Source: an uncultured bacterium (GTDB taxonomy: Bacteria > Patescibacteriota > Minisyncoccia > Phycocordibacterales > UBA9973). Taken from it: a DNA stretch of 64,000 nt. Positions 45,792 through 56,064 of this stretch are shown piece by piece (within the stretch, counting starts at the first letter, position 1; each line of letters starts with the position of its first letter). The notes beneath the pieces are model-generated. The model did no database searches and had not been told where the DNA came from. It saw only the letters and a program-made list of their open reading frames with translations. The position numbers were made by a program, and so were the translations under genes. The stretch covers positions 1,844 through 65,843 of the forward strand of contig CAIMAO010000002.1 in the NCBI GenBank assembly GCA_903838985.1, read 5' to 3'.

Positions 45792-46586
45792 ATGAAAATT
45801 GGGATTTTTGATTCGGGATTAGGCGGACTGATTATTGCGAAAGCAATAAGAAAGGAAATGCCGAAATATGATTTTGTATATTTGGGAGACACAAAGAGAG
45901 TTCCTTATGGTAATCGTTCTCATGAAACTGTTTTTGGATTTACAAGGGAAGCGGTGGAATATTTATTTAAAAAAGAAAATTGTGCAATCGTCATCATTGC
46001 TTGCAATACAGCTTCGGCTCGAGCACTTCGAAAAATACAACAAGAATATTTGCCAAAAAATTTTCCTGATAGAAAAGTTTTGGGTGTATTAATCCCGACA
46101 GTTGAAGAAGTTGCGAGTTATAAAAGAGTGGGAGTGATAGGCACTACGGGAACAATTGCTTCTAATACTTTTCCTATTGAAATAAAAAAAATAAATAAAA
46201 GTACAAAAGTTTTTCAAAATCCTGCACCCATGCTCGTGCCACTTGCAGAAGAAGGGGAGAAGAAATTAGCGATTGGTTTTATTAAAAAATATTTAAAACC
46301 TTTTTCTTCTAAAAAAATAGAAGCATTAATTTTGGGATGTACACACTACCCATTTTATAAAAAAGAAATAAGGAAAATTTTACCAAAAAATGTGAGAGTG
46401 TTTTCTCAAGATGAAATAATTCCTAAAAAATTAAAAACCTATTTATCAAAACATACAGAAATTGCTAAAAAACTTTCTCAAAAAGGTGAAGCCAAATTGC
46501 TTGTTACAGATATGACTAAAAATGTAGAAAAATTATCTAAAAAATGGTTTGGGGAAAATACTAAGGTGAAATTAGTGAATATTTGA
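45792..46586 (+). CDS. murI: Glutamate racemase
   Basis: MKIGIFDSGLGGL..., IIACNTASA, LGCTHYP motifs. Confidence 0.85.
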   Translation: MKIGIFDSGLGGLIIAKAIRKEMPKYDFVYLGDTKRVPYGNRSHETVFGFTREAVEYLFKKENCAIVIIACNTASARALRKIQQEYLPKNFPDRKVLGVLIPTVEEVASYKRVGVIGTTGTIASNTFPIEIKKINKSTKVFQNPAPMLVPLAEEGEKKLAIGFIKKYLKPFSSKKIEALILGCTHYPFYKKEIRKILPKNVRVFSQDEIIPKKLKTYLSKHTEIAKKLSQKGEAKLLVTDMTKNVEKLSKKWFGENTKVKLVNI

Positions 46587-46591
46587 TATAT

Positions 46592-47032
46592 TTATACTTT
46601 TATTTCTTTCCAAACGATATTGATTGTATTAAAGAATTTTTTTGTGAAAGAAACAGCTTTTTTTGAATTGAATGGTTTACAAGTATAACAATCAAGAGTA
46701 ATTAAGTGAGGATCTCCATTTCGAGCAGGGTAGGTGTAAAAGCTTGCGCCAGAGGTTTTCCAGTGTTGCCACGCACCATAGCCATCTTCGTGGGCTGTAT
46801 AAACAAACGGTTCTCTCATTGCAGTCATTCCAACTATTTTTGTAAGTTGTTTTAAATATTCTGAAATGATTGATTTATCTTCAATAAAATCTTTTGTTGT
46901 TGCTTCAACAATAATTCTTTGACGAATAAGATTGGGGGACAAATTTTTCCAACGGTTATTCATATTTTTTACTATACACAAAGAAGTTTGACTTATCAAA
47001 AAAGTCAATGTATTATATACATAAGTAAACAA
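46592..47032 (-). CDS. speH: Pyruvoyl-dependent S-adenosylmethionine decarboxylase-like proenzyme (SpeH type)
   Basis: 146 aa. ...SGASFYTYPARNGDPHLITLDCYTC... resembles the ESHxSIHTWPE...DVFTCG processing region of prokaryotic AdoMetDC. Confidence 0.55.
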   Translation of the reverse strand: MFTYVYNTLTFLISQTSLCIVKNMNNRWKNLSPNLIRQRIIVEATTKDFIEDKSIISEYLKQLTKIVGMTAMREPFVYTAHEDGYGAWQHWKTSGASFYTYPARNGDPHLITLDCYTCKPFNSKKAVSFTKKFFNTINIVWKEIKV

Positions 47033-47043
47033 AAAGTTTACTT

Positions 47044-47883
47044 ATGTATATGAATTTTAATATCAAAAAAGGAATAGAAGAATTTATTATTTTGGTTTTA
47101 TCAAAAGAATCTTTATCTACAATTTTACTTTTACAAAAAATACAAAATGAACTTTCTTGTACAAAACAGGGATTTTATAAAGCTCTTCGTAATTTAAAAA
47201 AACAAGAGATTGTAGTGATTCATTCAAAAAAAGTATCTTTATCTTATACGTGGGTTAAAAAACAGTCAGATTTCTTTAATTCTTTGTTTTATAAATATAC
47301 AAATAAAAATAATATTCTTAGTGCAGATTTTTTATTCCTTGGGAACAAAGATTCGATTACATATAAATTTACTAATGTAAGTATGGCAGATGCATTTTGG
47401 ATACATGCATTAAATATATTAAATCAAAAAATTAAAGAAGATGAACCTATGTGTATTTATAATCCACATGAATGGTTTTTGTTGGTACGTAGTGAAAGTG
47501 AGAAAGCATTGTTTGAAAATATGGAACAAGTAAAAAGAAAATTTGTAGTTCTTGTCGACAATAAAATGCTGCTCGATCTTTCGGTAAAAAAATATTTTAA
47601 TTTTAAAACGAATTATTATTATATTTCAGAAAAGAAAATTTTTAAAAAAAATAATTATTATTTAAACTTAATCGGAGATTATTGTATTGAAGTTTGGATT
47701 GATAAAAAAATATCAAATTTAATTGATGATTTTTATAAAAAAACTTTAATATTTGATGATCAAGCAAAAAATGCTTTTAAAAAAATAATAGAAATTAAAG
47801 GAAAGAATAAATTTGTTATTTCAAAAAATACAGAACGAAGTAAAAAATTCAGAAAGATATTTAAAAAGTTTTTTATTATTTAA
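47044..47883 (+). CDS. Hypothetical K/N-rich protein (279 aa)
   Basis: ORF only. Confidence 0.4.
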   Translation: MYMNFNIKKGIEEFIILVLSKESLSTILLLQKIQNELSCTKQGFYKALRNLKKQEIVVIHSKKVSLSYTWVKKQSDFFNSLFYKYTNKNNILSADFLFLGNKDSITYKFTNVSMADAFWIHALNILNQKIKEDEPMCIYNPHEWFLLVRSESEKALFENMEQVKRKFVVLVDNKMLLDLSVKKYFNFKTNYYYISEKKIFKKNNYYLNLIGDYCIEVWIDKKISNLIDDFYKKTLIFDDQAKNAFKKIIEIKGKNKFVISKNTERSKKFRKIFKKFFII

Positions 47884-47891
47884 ATTTTAGG

Positions 47892-48662
47892 CTAGTTAAT
47901 CTCTAAAAAAATAGGGCAGTGGTCGGAGCCATAATAGTCGGTGAGCATGCCTGTGTCTTTTACTTTTGAAACAACCTTTGAATCTACAAAAAAGTAATCG
48001 AGACGCCATCCGACATTTCTATCTCTCGAGCGAGTTTTTTGATCCCAATATGTATACATTTCTTTTTTGTTTGGATAAAGTTTTCTGAAAATATCAATGA
48101 AATTATTTTTTATTACTTTATCAATCCAAGCACGTTCTATAGGCAAGAAACCCGTATTCTCTTCATTTGCTTTTGGGTGTGTTAGATCTATCGGTGTGTG
48201 AGCTGTATTCACATCTCCACAAAAAATAACATTTTCGCCACTCTTCCTAAGTTTCAAAATAAATTTTAAAAATGCATCGTAAAATTCTAATTTATATTTT
48301 AGGCGATGTGGACCTTGCCCACCGTTTGGGAAATATCCAGTTATGATTGTAAATTTTTTTAATTTTATACCCAACAATCTTCCTTCGGTATCAAGACTCT
48401 TTATTCCCATTCCATAAAAAACTTCTCGTGGTTTTTCTTTGGTGTAAATTGCCACACCACTGTATCCTTTTCTTTCTTGTGAATGTGAGAAGAAAGAATA
48501 ATAACCAGAAACTTCTTTTGTTTCTTTTGTGAGTTGGTCGGGGTGAGCCTTCGTTTCTTGTAGGCAGACTACGTCTGGACTATATTTTTTAAAGAGTGGC
48601 TCAAAATAACCCTGTTTCACAGTAGCTCGTAACCCATTTGTGTTCCATGAAATTATTTTCAT
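47892..48662 (-). CDS. xth: Exodeoxyribonuclease III
   Basis: 256 aa. MKIISWNTNGLRA... start, C-terminal ...WRLDYFFVD...GSDHCPI..., matching the EEP nuclease family. Confidence 0.85.
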   Translation of the reverse strand: MKIISWNTNGLRATVKQGYFEPLFKKYSPDVVCLQETKAHPDQLTKETKEVSGYYSFFSHSQERKGYSGVAIYTKEKPREVFYGMGIKSLDTEGRLLGIKLKKFTIITGYFPNGGQGPHRLKYKLEFYDAFLKFILKLRKSGENVIFCGDVNTAHTPIDLTHPKANEENTGFLPIERAWIDKVIKNNFIDIFRKLYPNKKEMYTYWDQKTRSRDRNVGWRLDYFFVDSKVVSKVKDTGMLTDYYGSDHCPIFLEIN

Positions 48663-48679
48663 AATGTTTATATTAACAT

Positions 48680-48790
48680 AAACTTGTGAAACTAATGTTT
48701 TTTCACCACGAAAATCTTTTGCTAAAGATTTTCTCTGTCCGTCGCCGTCGCTCCTACCAAGGGTTCAAAAACATTAGTTTCACAAGTTTA
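48680..48790. repeat. Perfect 23-bp inverted repeats (aaacttgtgaaactaatgttttt / aaaaacattagtttcacaagttt) enclosing a 65-bp segment, between xerC stop and xth start
   Basis: The enclosed segment carries an AT hairpin (gaaaatcttttgctaaagattttc) plus gtccgtcgccgtcgctcc, the same architecture as the yidD/jag repeat. It overlaps the xerC stop codon and is likely a terminator or MITE-like element. Confidence 0.75.
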
Positions 48791-49705
48791 TTTGCGGCTA
48801 TGAAATTTCTTATGCACTTCCAGTAATTGTTTGTCAGTAATGTGTGTATAAATTTGAGTTGTAGAGATATTTGAATGTCCGAGCATCATTTGCACACTCC
48901 TTATGTCTGCACCGTTTTGCAGTAAATCAGTTGCGAAGGAATGACGGATGATATGTGGTGTCACTTTTTTTGATATGCCTGCTTTTATCGCGTAATATTT
49001 TACAATACGTTCAAGTGAACGGGGTGTTAATCGTGTGGCTTTGCTTTTTGATATTTTTGAAAGTTGAATGAACATCGCTTCTTCCATATCTTTCCTTTTT
49101 GCTAAATATTCCTTAATTGCTTTTTTTGCGGTATCAGATAAAAAAACTACACGCACTTTTTCTCCTTTTCCTCTGATAGAAAATTCGCCTTTTGATAAAT
49201 CTAAATCTTTATTTAATGAAGAAAGTTCTGATACACGAAGTCCTGTAGAAAAAAATAATTCAAGGATTGCTTTGTCTCGAAGATTTTTTAAATCAGTTCC
49301 ATTTGGGCCGGAGAGAAGCCTACCCAATTCTTCTCCTGTAATTAAATCTAAACTCCTTTCTTTTATTTTTGCTAATTCTATTCTATCAGGGGAGAGGGCA
49401 GAGATTTCACGTTTGATTAAATATTTTAAAAAAACACGAAGTGCAATCAAATAATAATTTTGAGTATTTTTTTTCATCGTTGCACTTATTTGTCCTCGTA
49501 CTTTTGTGCCGGATTGTCTGTTTAAAAAAAGTCTGAATTCTCGCACTTTTTCATCTGTGATATCTTTTATTTTTTCTGTTTTACTAAATTTAAAAAAGCG
49601 AGTTAAATACCTTTCATAATTTTCTACAGTTTTTAAACTTGAACCTTTTTCAATTTCTAGATATTCCAGAAATTCTCTTTTGTATTTTTCTATCTCAGAC
49701 GCCAT
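48788..49705 (-). CDS. xerC: Tyrosine site-specific recombinase XerC/XerD
   Basis: 305 aa. C-terminal ...RHSFATDLLQNGADIRSVQMMLGHSNISTTQIYTHI... with the catalytic R..H..R..Y signature. Confidence 0.85.
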   Translation of the reverse strand: MASEIEKYKREFLEYLEIEKGSSLKTVENYERYLTRFFKFSKTEKIKDITDEKVREFRLFLNRQSGTKVRGQISATMKKNTQNYYLIALRVFLKYLIKREISALSPDRIELAKIKERSLDLITGEELGRLLSGPNGTDLKNLRDKAILELFFSTGLRVSELSSLNKDLDLSKGEFSIRGKGEKVRVVFLSDTAKKAIKEYLAKRKDMEEAMFIQLSKISKSKATRLTPRSLERIVKYYAIKAGISKKVTPHIIRHSFATDLLQNGADIRSVQMMLGHSNISTTQIYTHITDKQLLEVHKKFHSRK

Positions 49706-49792
49706 TTATATATTTTAGCATAAATACAAAATATTGTGCGACATATACACATAGATCTTGCAATTTTGTTGGCTTTATGCTAAGATATAAAC

Positions 49793-50056
49793 ATGTTAAC
49801 AACAAAGAAAAAGCAAACAGTTATAAAGAAAAATCAGATTCATGATAAGGATACGGGCTCTTCTGCTGTACAAGTGGCTATTTTGTCTACACAAATAGAT
49901 GAATTAGCAAAACATTTAAAGAAACATAAAAAAGATAATAATTCTCGCCGTGGACTTATCAAAATGGTTGCAGACAGACGCACACATTTGAAATATTTAG
50001 AAAGAAAAGATAAGACTCAATACAATGCAGTAATGAAGAAAATGAGTTTAGCATAA
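49793..50056 (+). CDS. rpsO: 30S ribosomal protein S15
   Basis: 87 aa. ...HLKKHKKDNNSRRGLIKMVADRRTHLKYL... Confidence 0.9.
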   Translation: MLTTKKKQTVIKKNQIHDKDTGSSAVQVAILSTQIDELAKHLKKHKKDNNSRRGLIKMVADRRTHLKYLERKDKTQYNAVMKKMSLA

Positions 50057-50121
50057 TCTACATTCCCCCATCTGGGGGAATTGTTGTTTATGCCTTTTTC
50101 TTTTCATGATATAATTTATAT

Positions 50122-50628
50122 ATGACAGTAATAAAAAATAAAGAACAAAGAGTTGGGGTTTTTATTGATACACAAAATCTGTATCATTCGGCTCGTAACT
50201 TATACAACGCACGAGTAAACTTTGGTGCAGTTTTAAAAGAGGCAGTAGCAGGAAGAAAACTTGTTCGTGCTGTGGCGTATGTCATTACATCTGAAGCAGG
50301 TGATGAGAAAAACTTTTTTGAAGCGTTAGAAAAATTAGGCATTGAAACAAAAACAAAAGATTTACAGGTGTATGGTGGTTTCAAAAAAGGAGATTGGGAT
50401 GTCGGTCTTGCTGTAGATGCTATTAAATTTGCTCCAAAACTTGATGCTGTGGTGCTCGTGGCCGGTGATGGTGATTATGTGCCTATGGTTGAGTATATTC
50501 AGAGTATGGGCACACAGGTGGAAGCTATTTCTTTTGGTAAATCAACTTCTGGTAAACTTCGTGAATCAGTTGATGATTTTATAGATCTTTCATTGAACCC
50601 TAGAAAATATTTAATGGGGGGAAAGTGA
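50122..50628 (+). CDS. NYN/LabA-like (DUF88) PIN-domain protein
   Basis: 168 aa. ...GVFIDTQNLYHSAR... and ...LVAGDGDYVPMVEYIQSMG... are typical of LabA/NYN domains. Inserted between rpsO and pnp. Confidence 0.7.
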   Translation: MTVIKNKEQRVGVFIDTQNLYHSARNLYNARVNFGAVLKEAVAGRKLVRAVAYVITSEAGDEKNFFEALEKLGIETKTKDLQVYGGFKKGDWDVGLAVDAIKFAPKLDAVVLVAGDGDYVPMVEYIQSMGTQVEAISFGKSTSGKLRESVDDFIDLSLNPRKYLMGGK

Positions 50629-50717
50629 AATTTTATTAGTTAATCGGTTCGCGTTCGGACAAAAAGTAGTGTTCTATAAATATAGGAACAATACTGTAGT
50701 CTGGACACGAACTCAAA

Positions 50718-50795
50718 GTTTTCTTGTAAAAAATTTTTGAAACTGCGCCCTCGGAGTCATAAAGACAGGGGACCCACACGTTTCTTAAATTTTTT
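50718..50795. repeat. GC-rich palindromic element (family 2) within a locus-specific hairpin, between NYN gene and pnp
   Basis: Core ctgcgccctcggagtcataaagacaggggacccaca, similar to 54318..54358. Flanks aaaaatttttgaaa / tttcttaaatttttt. Confidence 0.75.
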
Positions 50796-50810
50796 ACAGG
50801 AAAACTAAGT

Positions 50811-52940
50811 ATGATTATGCAAAAAAAAGAGTATACAGTAGAAATTGGTGGTAAAACGATGACCGCTATTTTCTCAGATTTAGCAGAGCAAGCACATGGT
50901 TCTGTAATTTTAAAATATGGAGACACAATAGTGCTGGCAACAGCTTGTATGTCTAAGGACAAACAAGCTGGTTTAGGTTTCTTCAATTTAACAGTGGATT
51001 ATATAGAAAAATTCTATGCTGCTGGAAAAATTTTAGGATCAAGATTTATGCACAGGGAGGGCAGACCTTCAGAAGATGCAATCTTGGCTTGTAGGGTAAT
51101 AGATAGGACACTTCGTCCATTATTTGATCAATCAATGCGTCATGCGGTGCAAGTCATTACTACTGTCATATCACTAGGAGAAGAAGATCCTACAATATTA
51201 GCTGTAAATGCTGCTTCACTCGCTATCTTGGTGTCAGATATACCTTGGGCAGGACCAGTGGGTGCTGTGCGTATTGGTAAATACGATGATGATAGTTTAA
51301 AAATAAATCCTGCACAAAATCTACGCTTGGATGATACGAAATATAAGTTTGATTTAACTATTTGTGGTAAAAATGGAAATATAAATATGATAGAAGCTTC
51401 TGCACACCAGACGAAAGAAGAAGAACTTGAAGAAGCATTCAAAAGAGCAAGTGAAGAAATAACCAAGCTAGAAAATTTCCAAAAAGGTATTGCTGTAGAG
51501 ATAGGCAAAGCAAAAAGAGTCATAGAAAAAGAAAAAATAAGTGAAGAATCATTAAAATTATTTAATGAAAATATTTTACCAAAAATGGAAGAAGCTATTT
51601 TTGCTGGAACAGGAAAAGCAAAGATAGATGAGCTTCATAGTATTTGGAATAAAATGGTTAAAGATTATTATACTGAAAAAAATACTGAAAGAGCTGATTT
51701 TACCCCAGAAGATAATATTTTTGATGATACAGAAAATGATATTTTACACAAAAAAGCCATAGACGATAATAAACGTGCTGATGGCAGAGCTATGGACGGT
51801 CTTCGAGATCTTTATGCACAAGCTGGAGGGCTTTCTCCTATATTGCATGGTTCTGGAATATTCTACCGTGGAGGAACACACGTGCTTTCTGTGCTTACAT
51901 TGGGTGGCCCAGAGGAAAGACTCTTAGTAGATGGAATGCAAACGAAAGCTGAAAAAAGATTTATGCATTATTATAATTTTCCACCATATTCGAGTGGAGA
52001 AGTTGGCCGAATAGGCACTACAAATCGTAGAGAAGTAGGACATGGAGCACTTGCAGAAAAAGCTCTCGCTATGGTTTTACCAAGTGTTGAGGATTTTCCA
52101 TATACTATGAGAATAGTTTCTGAATCGATGGCTTCTAATGGTTCTACTTCACAAGCTTCTATCTGTGCTTCTGTTTTGGCTCTGATGGATGGAGGTGTTC
52201 CTATAAAAGCACCTGTGGCTGGTATTGCCATGGGACTCATGTATGAAAATGATGACAAATATAAAATTTTGACTGATATACAAGGTCCTGAAGATCACCA
52301 TGGAGATATGGATTTCAAAGTTGCAGGAACGAGAGATGGTGTCACGGCCATTCAGCTTGATGTGAAAGTGGAAGGTGTGCCAATAAAGATATTAGGTGAA
52401 GCAATGAGGCAATCAAAACAAGCTAGACTTTCTATTTTAGACAGAATTGAAAAAGAAATTCCAAAACCTAGAGCAGAAATTTCTCCTAATGCACCAAAGA
52501 TTTTAATTATAAAAATTAATCCAGAAAAAATTGGTTTGGTAATAGGTAGCGGAGGAAAGACTATTAAAGAGATTAAAGAAAAAACTGGCGCAGAAATAAC
52601 TATTGAAGATGATGGAACAGTATTTTTGACTGGTAAAGAAGATGCGCCAGAAAAAGCTAAAACAATAATAGAAGAAATGACTCACGAATTTAAAGCTGGT
52701 GAAACAATGAAAGGTGAAGTTGTAAAGCTTGCAGATTTTGGAGTATTTGTCAGACTCAATCCATTTACTGATGGTATGGTTCATATTTCTGAGATGGCCC
52801 CATTCCGTGTTGAGCGAGTTAGCGATATAATAAGAGAGGGAACTATTGTCCCAGTAAAAATTATAAATGTTGATAAAGAAAGAGGTAAAATTAGTTTATC
52901 AATAAAAGAAGCAGATCCAAATTTTTTCAAAAAACCTTAA
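50811..52940 (+). CDS. pnp: Polyribonucleotide nucleotidyltransferase (PNPase)
   Basis: 709 aa. Two RNase PH domains, KH (IGSGGKTIKEIKEKTGAEITIEDDG) and S1 (GETMKGEVVKLADFGVFVRL) at the C-terminus. Confidence 0.9.
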   Translation: MIMQKKEYTVEIGGKTMTAIFSDLAEQAHGSVILKYGDTIVLATACMSKDKQAGLGFFNLTVDYIEKFYAAGKILGSRFMHREGRPSEDAILACRVIDRTLRPLFDQSMRHAVQVITTVISLGEEDPTILAVNAASLAILVSDIPWAGPVGAVRIGKYDDDSLKINPAQNLRLDDTKYKFDLTICGKNGNINMIEASAHQTKEEELEEAFKRASEEITKLENFQKGIAVEIGKAKRVIEKEKISEESLKLFNENILPKMEEAIFAGTGKAKIDELHSIWNKMVKDYYTEKNTERADFTPEDNIFDDTENDILHKKAIDDNKRADGRAMDGLRDLYAQAGGLSPILHGSGIFYRGGTHVLSVLTLGGPEERLLVDGMQTKAEKRFMHYYNFPPYSSGEVGRIGTTNRREVGHGALAEKALAMVLPSVEDFPYTMRIVSESMASNGSTSQASICASVLALMDGGVPIKAPVAGIAMGLMYENDDKYKILTDIQGPEDHHGDMDFKVAGTRDGVTAIQLDVKVEGVPIKILGEAMRQSKQARLSILDRIEKEIPKPRAEISPNAPKILIIKINPEKIGLVIGSGGKTIKEIKEKTGAEITIEDDGTVFLTGKEDAPEKAKTIIEEMTHEFKAGETMKGEVVKLADFGVFVRLNPFTDGMVHISEMAPFRVERVSDIIREGTIVPVKIINVDKERGKISLSIKEADPNFFKKP

Positions 52941-52949
52941 AAGTTTAAA

Positions 52950-53864
52950 ATGGAAAAAGATAATAAATTAAAAAACAAAAATGTAAAAACTTACACCAGT
53001 GATATGGTGCAGGCTATTGAAAGTGACAAAGGCGGTTTGATAAAAAAAATAATTCACGAAGAAGAAGCGCACGAAGCTGAAAAAGTGAATTTGTCTCCTA
53101 GCTCTAAAAGAAATAGGTTATTTATGTTAATTAGCTTCTTGTTAATATTTTTAGCTTTTATAATTTTGTTATTTTTAGCTTTTTCAAGTAAAAATTTAAA
53201 CACTGTTCCTGTCGCTCAACAATTCACTTCAATTATCTTTGCAGATCAGACGGATTTCAAAGCCATTGATGGACTTAATAAAGATCAAATATTCTCTACT
53301 ATCTTAAATCAAGTTGCTAATACTGACATAAAAGCAGGTGGGGTAGAAGGTATTTATCTTACAGAAAATAAAAAGGTAATAGGCTTCAAAGAATTTATTA
53401 CATTACTCAAAACAAATTTCTCAATGGATCAAATAAATTTGGTCAGTGATAATTTTTTGCTCGGCGCATTGAATAGTGTTGCGAAACCAGTCGCTTCTAC
53501 TGACGGCTCTACACTCCCAACAGATAAAAATACAAAAACCCTAGATAAGGGTTTATTTATCTTATTGAAAGTTCGTTCATTTACAGATATTTTTCCTGTG
53601 ATGCAAGTTTGGGAAGATAAAATGCTGTATGATCTTTCTTCACTTTTCAAAGTAAATATTTCTCCTGATACAAATTATCTTTTCACCAAAGATTGGGAAG
53701 ATGGTGTCGTGTCAAATAAGAATGCGAGAATTTTAAGAGACAAAAATGGAAATATCGTTTTGATGTATGTTTTCTTAAATGATTCATCATTGCTTATCAC
53801 AAATTCCGAAGCAGCTACAAATGAAGTAATTTTGCGCCTCAATTCTAGCCAGATAAAGAAATAA
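52950..53864 (+). CDS. Hypothetical membrane-anchored protein (304 aa)
   Basis: One TM helix (LFMLISFLLIFLAFIILLFLAF). No family recognised. Confidence 0.45.
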   Translation: MEKDNKLKNKNVKTYTSDMVQAIESDKGGLIKKIIHEEEAHEAEKVNLSPSSKRNRLFMLISFLLIFLAFIILLFLAFSSKNLNTVPVAQQFTSIIFADQTDFKAIDGLNKDQIFSTILNQVANTDIKAGGVEGIYLTENKKVIGFKEFITLLKTNFSMDQINLVSDNFLLGALNSVAKPVASTDGSTLPTDKNTKTLDKGLFILLKVRSFTDIFPVMQVWEDKMLYDLSSLFKVNISPDTNYLFTKDWEDGVVSNKNARILRDKNGNIVLMYVFLNDSSLLITNSEAATNEVILRLNSSQIKK

Positions 53865-53914
53865 AAATTGTTTAAAATATTTGCCTTTTTTAGTGGAAGT
53901 GATAGTATTTTATT

Positions 53915-54271
53915 ATGTTAGATAAAAAGAAAATTAAAGAAAAATTAGAAAAGGAGCGAGATATCTTGCTCGGGCAACTTCGTGATATTGGAAAATTAAA
54001 CCCAGAGACAAATGAGTGGGAAGCAATTCCAGAAGAAAGACTTTCAAAAGAAACCGATCAAAATGATATGGCAGATAGATTTGAAGATTTCGAATCTAGG
54101 AGCATAATGATAAAAGCTTTGGAATCAAGGATCAATAATGTTTTGTCTGCAATGAAAGGATTGAATAGGGAATCTTTCGGTAAATGTGAAGTTTGTAAAA
54201 AGAATATTGAGATGGATAGAATGGAAGTTAATCCTGCTGCGCGCACTTGTAAAAAACATTTGAATGGGTAG
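53915..54271 (+). CDS. dksA: DksA/TraR-family C4-type zinc finger protein
   Basis: 118 aa. N-terminal coiled coil. C-terminal CEVCKKNIEMDRMEVNPAARTCKKH zinc finger. Confidence 0.7.
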   Translation: MLDKKKIKEKLEKERDILLGQLRDIGKLNPETNEWEAIPEERLSKETDQNDMADRFEDFESRSIMIKALESRINNVLSAMKGLNRESFGKCEVCKKNIEMDRMEVNPAARTCKKHLNG

Positions 54272-54298
54272 TTTTGTTTAATTTTTATTATGTAAAAT

Positions 54299-54378
54299 CA
54301 CAAAACTTAAAATTTTTGCGCCTTCGCCCTCGGAGTCAGAAGGACAGGGGACCCACGACGCTAAAAATCTTAAGTTTT
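54299..54378. repeat. GC-rich palindromic element (family 2) within a 17-bp inverted repeat, downstream of dksA
   Basis: Flanks caaaacttaaaattttt / aaaaatcttaagttttg. Core gcgccttcgccctcggagtcagaaggacaggggacccacgacgc. Confidence 0.75.
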
Positions 54379-54400
54379 GTGATTTAAAATTACCATAATT

Positions 54401-55966
54401 ATGAGTTTCGCGAGAGTTTATTCGGCACAAGTAAACTTGCTTTCTGGACAAATCGTAACCATCGAGGTTGATTTGTCACGTGGTTTGCATGCTTTTAATA
54501 TAGTCGGCTTGCCAGATAAAGCTGTGGGTGAATCGAAAGACAGAGTGAGCGGTGCTATTAAAAATTCTGGTTTTAAATCTCCAAAAGCTAAAAATCAAAA
54601 AATAGTTGTTTCTCTTTCACCGGCTGATCTTAAAAAAGAAGGGCCATTTTTTGATCTTGCAATTGCGCTTTCTTATCTTCTCGCTTCAGATGAATTAAAA
54701 TTTGATCCAAGTAAAAAGATTTTTTTAGGAGAGCTTGGTCTTGATGGAACATTGCGAAGCATAAGGGGTGCATTGCCACTCGTGATGGAAGCAAAGAAAG
54801 CAGGATTTGAAGAAGTTTATTTACCAAAAGAAAATGCAATTGAAGCAGCGCTCGTCGAAGGTATAAAAATATTTGGAGCAAGTAGTTTGAAAGAAGTCGT
54901 AGAGCATTTAGATGAAGTCAAAGTAAAAGCTGAGAATAAAGAAGAATATGAAAAAAGAAAAAAAATAGTAGTTCAACCCAAAACAAAAATAATTTATAAA
55001 AAAGAAAAAAGTGGCGCAGATTTTTCTGATATTAAGGGACAAGAAGGTGCAAAAAGAGGACTTGAAATAGCAGCAGCCGGTGGACACAACATCGCTATGT
55101 ATGGGCCACCAGGCACAGGCAAGACGATGCTTGCCAGAGCATTCTCACAACTTTTGCCAGATTTAGATATTGAAGAAGTTTTAGAAATTACAGGGATACA
55201 TTCTGTGGCAGGAGCGACACAAGGCGAACTCGTTTCTTCTCCACCATTCCGCAGCCCACATCACACATCTTCTTATGTATCTATTATAGGTGGAGGAACA
55301 TATCCAAAACCAGGGGAAGTGACACTCGCGCACAAAGGTGTCCTATTTTTAGATGAATTTCCAGAATTTGAAAAGAGAGTTTTGGAATCTTTACGACAAC
55401 CACTCGAAGACAATATTGTTTGTATTTCTCGTGCGAAAGGCACAGCCACTTTTCCATCTAATTTTATTTTAGTTGCAGCGATGAATCCTTGTCCTTGTGG
55501 CAATGCTGGCAATAAACAAAAAGCTTGTATCTGTAAGCCTTCAGATTTAGATAGATATAAAAGAAAATTATCTGGACCTATAATGGACAGAGTGGATCTT
55601 TGGGTATCTGTTGGTAATGTTGATTATAAAAAGTTGAGCGAAGAGGGAACAGGAGAAAAAAGTGAAAAGATAAAACAGAGAATAATCAATGCAAGAGGGA
55701 TTCAAGCAGAAAGATTTAAAAAACTTGGTAAAAATATTAAAACAAATAGTGAGATGAATGCCAAAGATTTGACTACTATAGTGAAGTTGAAAGATGAAGT
55801 GAGAAATTTATTAGATAATAGTGCAGAACATTTAGCTTTGTCTGCTCGGGCATATCATAGAGTCATAAAGATAGCCCGCACAATAGCGGACTTAGAAAAT
55901 TCTCTTGAAATAAATTCAAATCACATTTTAGAAGCTATTCAATATAGGCCGAAGGTGAATAATTAG
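54401..55966 (+). CDS. comM: Mg-chelatase-like AAA+ protein YifB/ComM
   Basis: 521 aa. N-terminal Lon-like domain, Walker A MYGPPGTGKTM, Walker B VLFLDEFPEF, C-terminal ChlI-like domain. Confidence 0.85.
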   Translation: MSFARVYSAQVNLLSGQIVTIEVDLSRGLHAFNIVGLPDKAVGESKDRVSGAIKNSGFKSPKAKNQKIVVSLSPADLKKEGPFFDLAIALSYLLASDELKFDPSKKIFLGELGLDGTLRSIRGALPLVMEAKKAGFEEVYLPKENAIEAALVEGIKIFGASSLKEVVEHLDEVKVKAENKEEYEKRKKIVVQPKTKIIYKKEKSGADFSDIKGQEGAKRGLEIAAAGGHNIAMYGPPGTGKTMLARAFSQLLPDLDIEEVLEITGIHSVAGATQGELVSSPPFRSPHHTSSYVSIIGGGTYPKPGEVTLAHKGVLFLDEFPEFEKRVLESLRQPLEDNIVCISRAKGTATFPSNFILVAAMNPCPCGNAGNKQKACICKPSDLDRYKRKLSGPIMDRVDLWVSVGNVDYKKLSEEGTGEKSEKIKQRIINARGIQAERFKKLGKNIKTNSEMNAKDLTTIVKLKDEVRNLLDNSAEHLALSARAYHRVIKIARTIADLENSLEINSNHILEAIQYRPKVNN

Positions 55967-56064
55967 TTATCCACAGTTTTGTTTGTTGACAGTGAACGCT
56001 CGTTCACTTATACTATAAACATAAGTTTTAGGTCATTTATTAACAATATTAATTAATAATTTTT

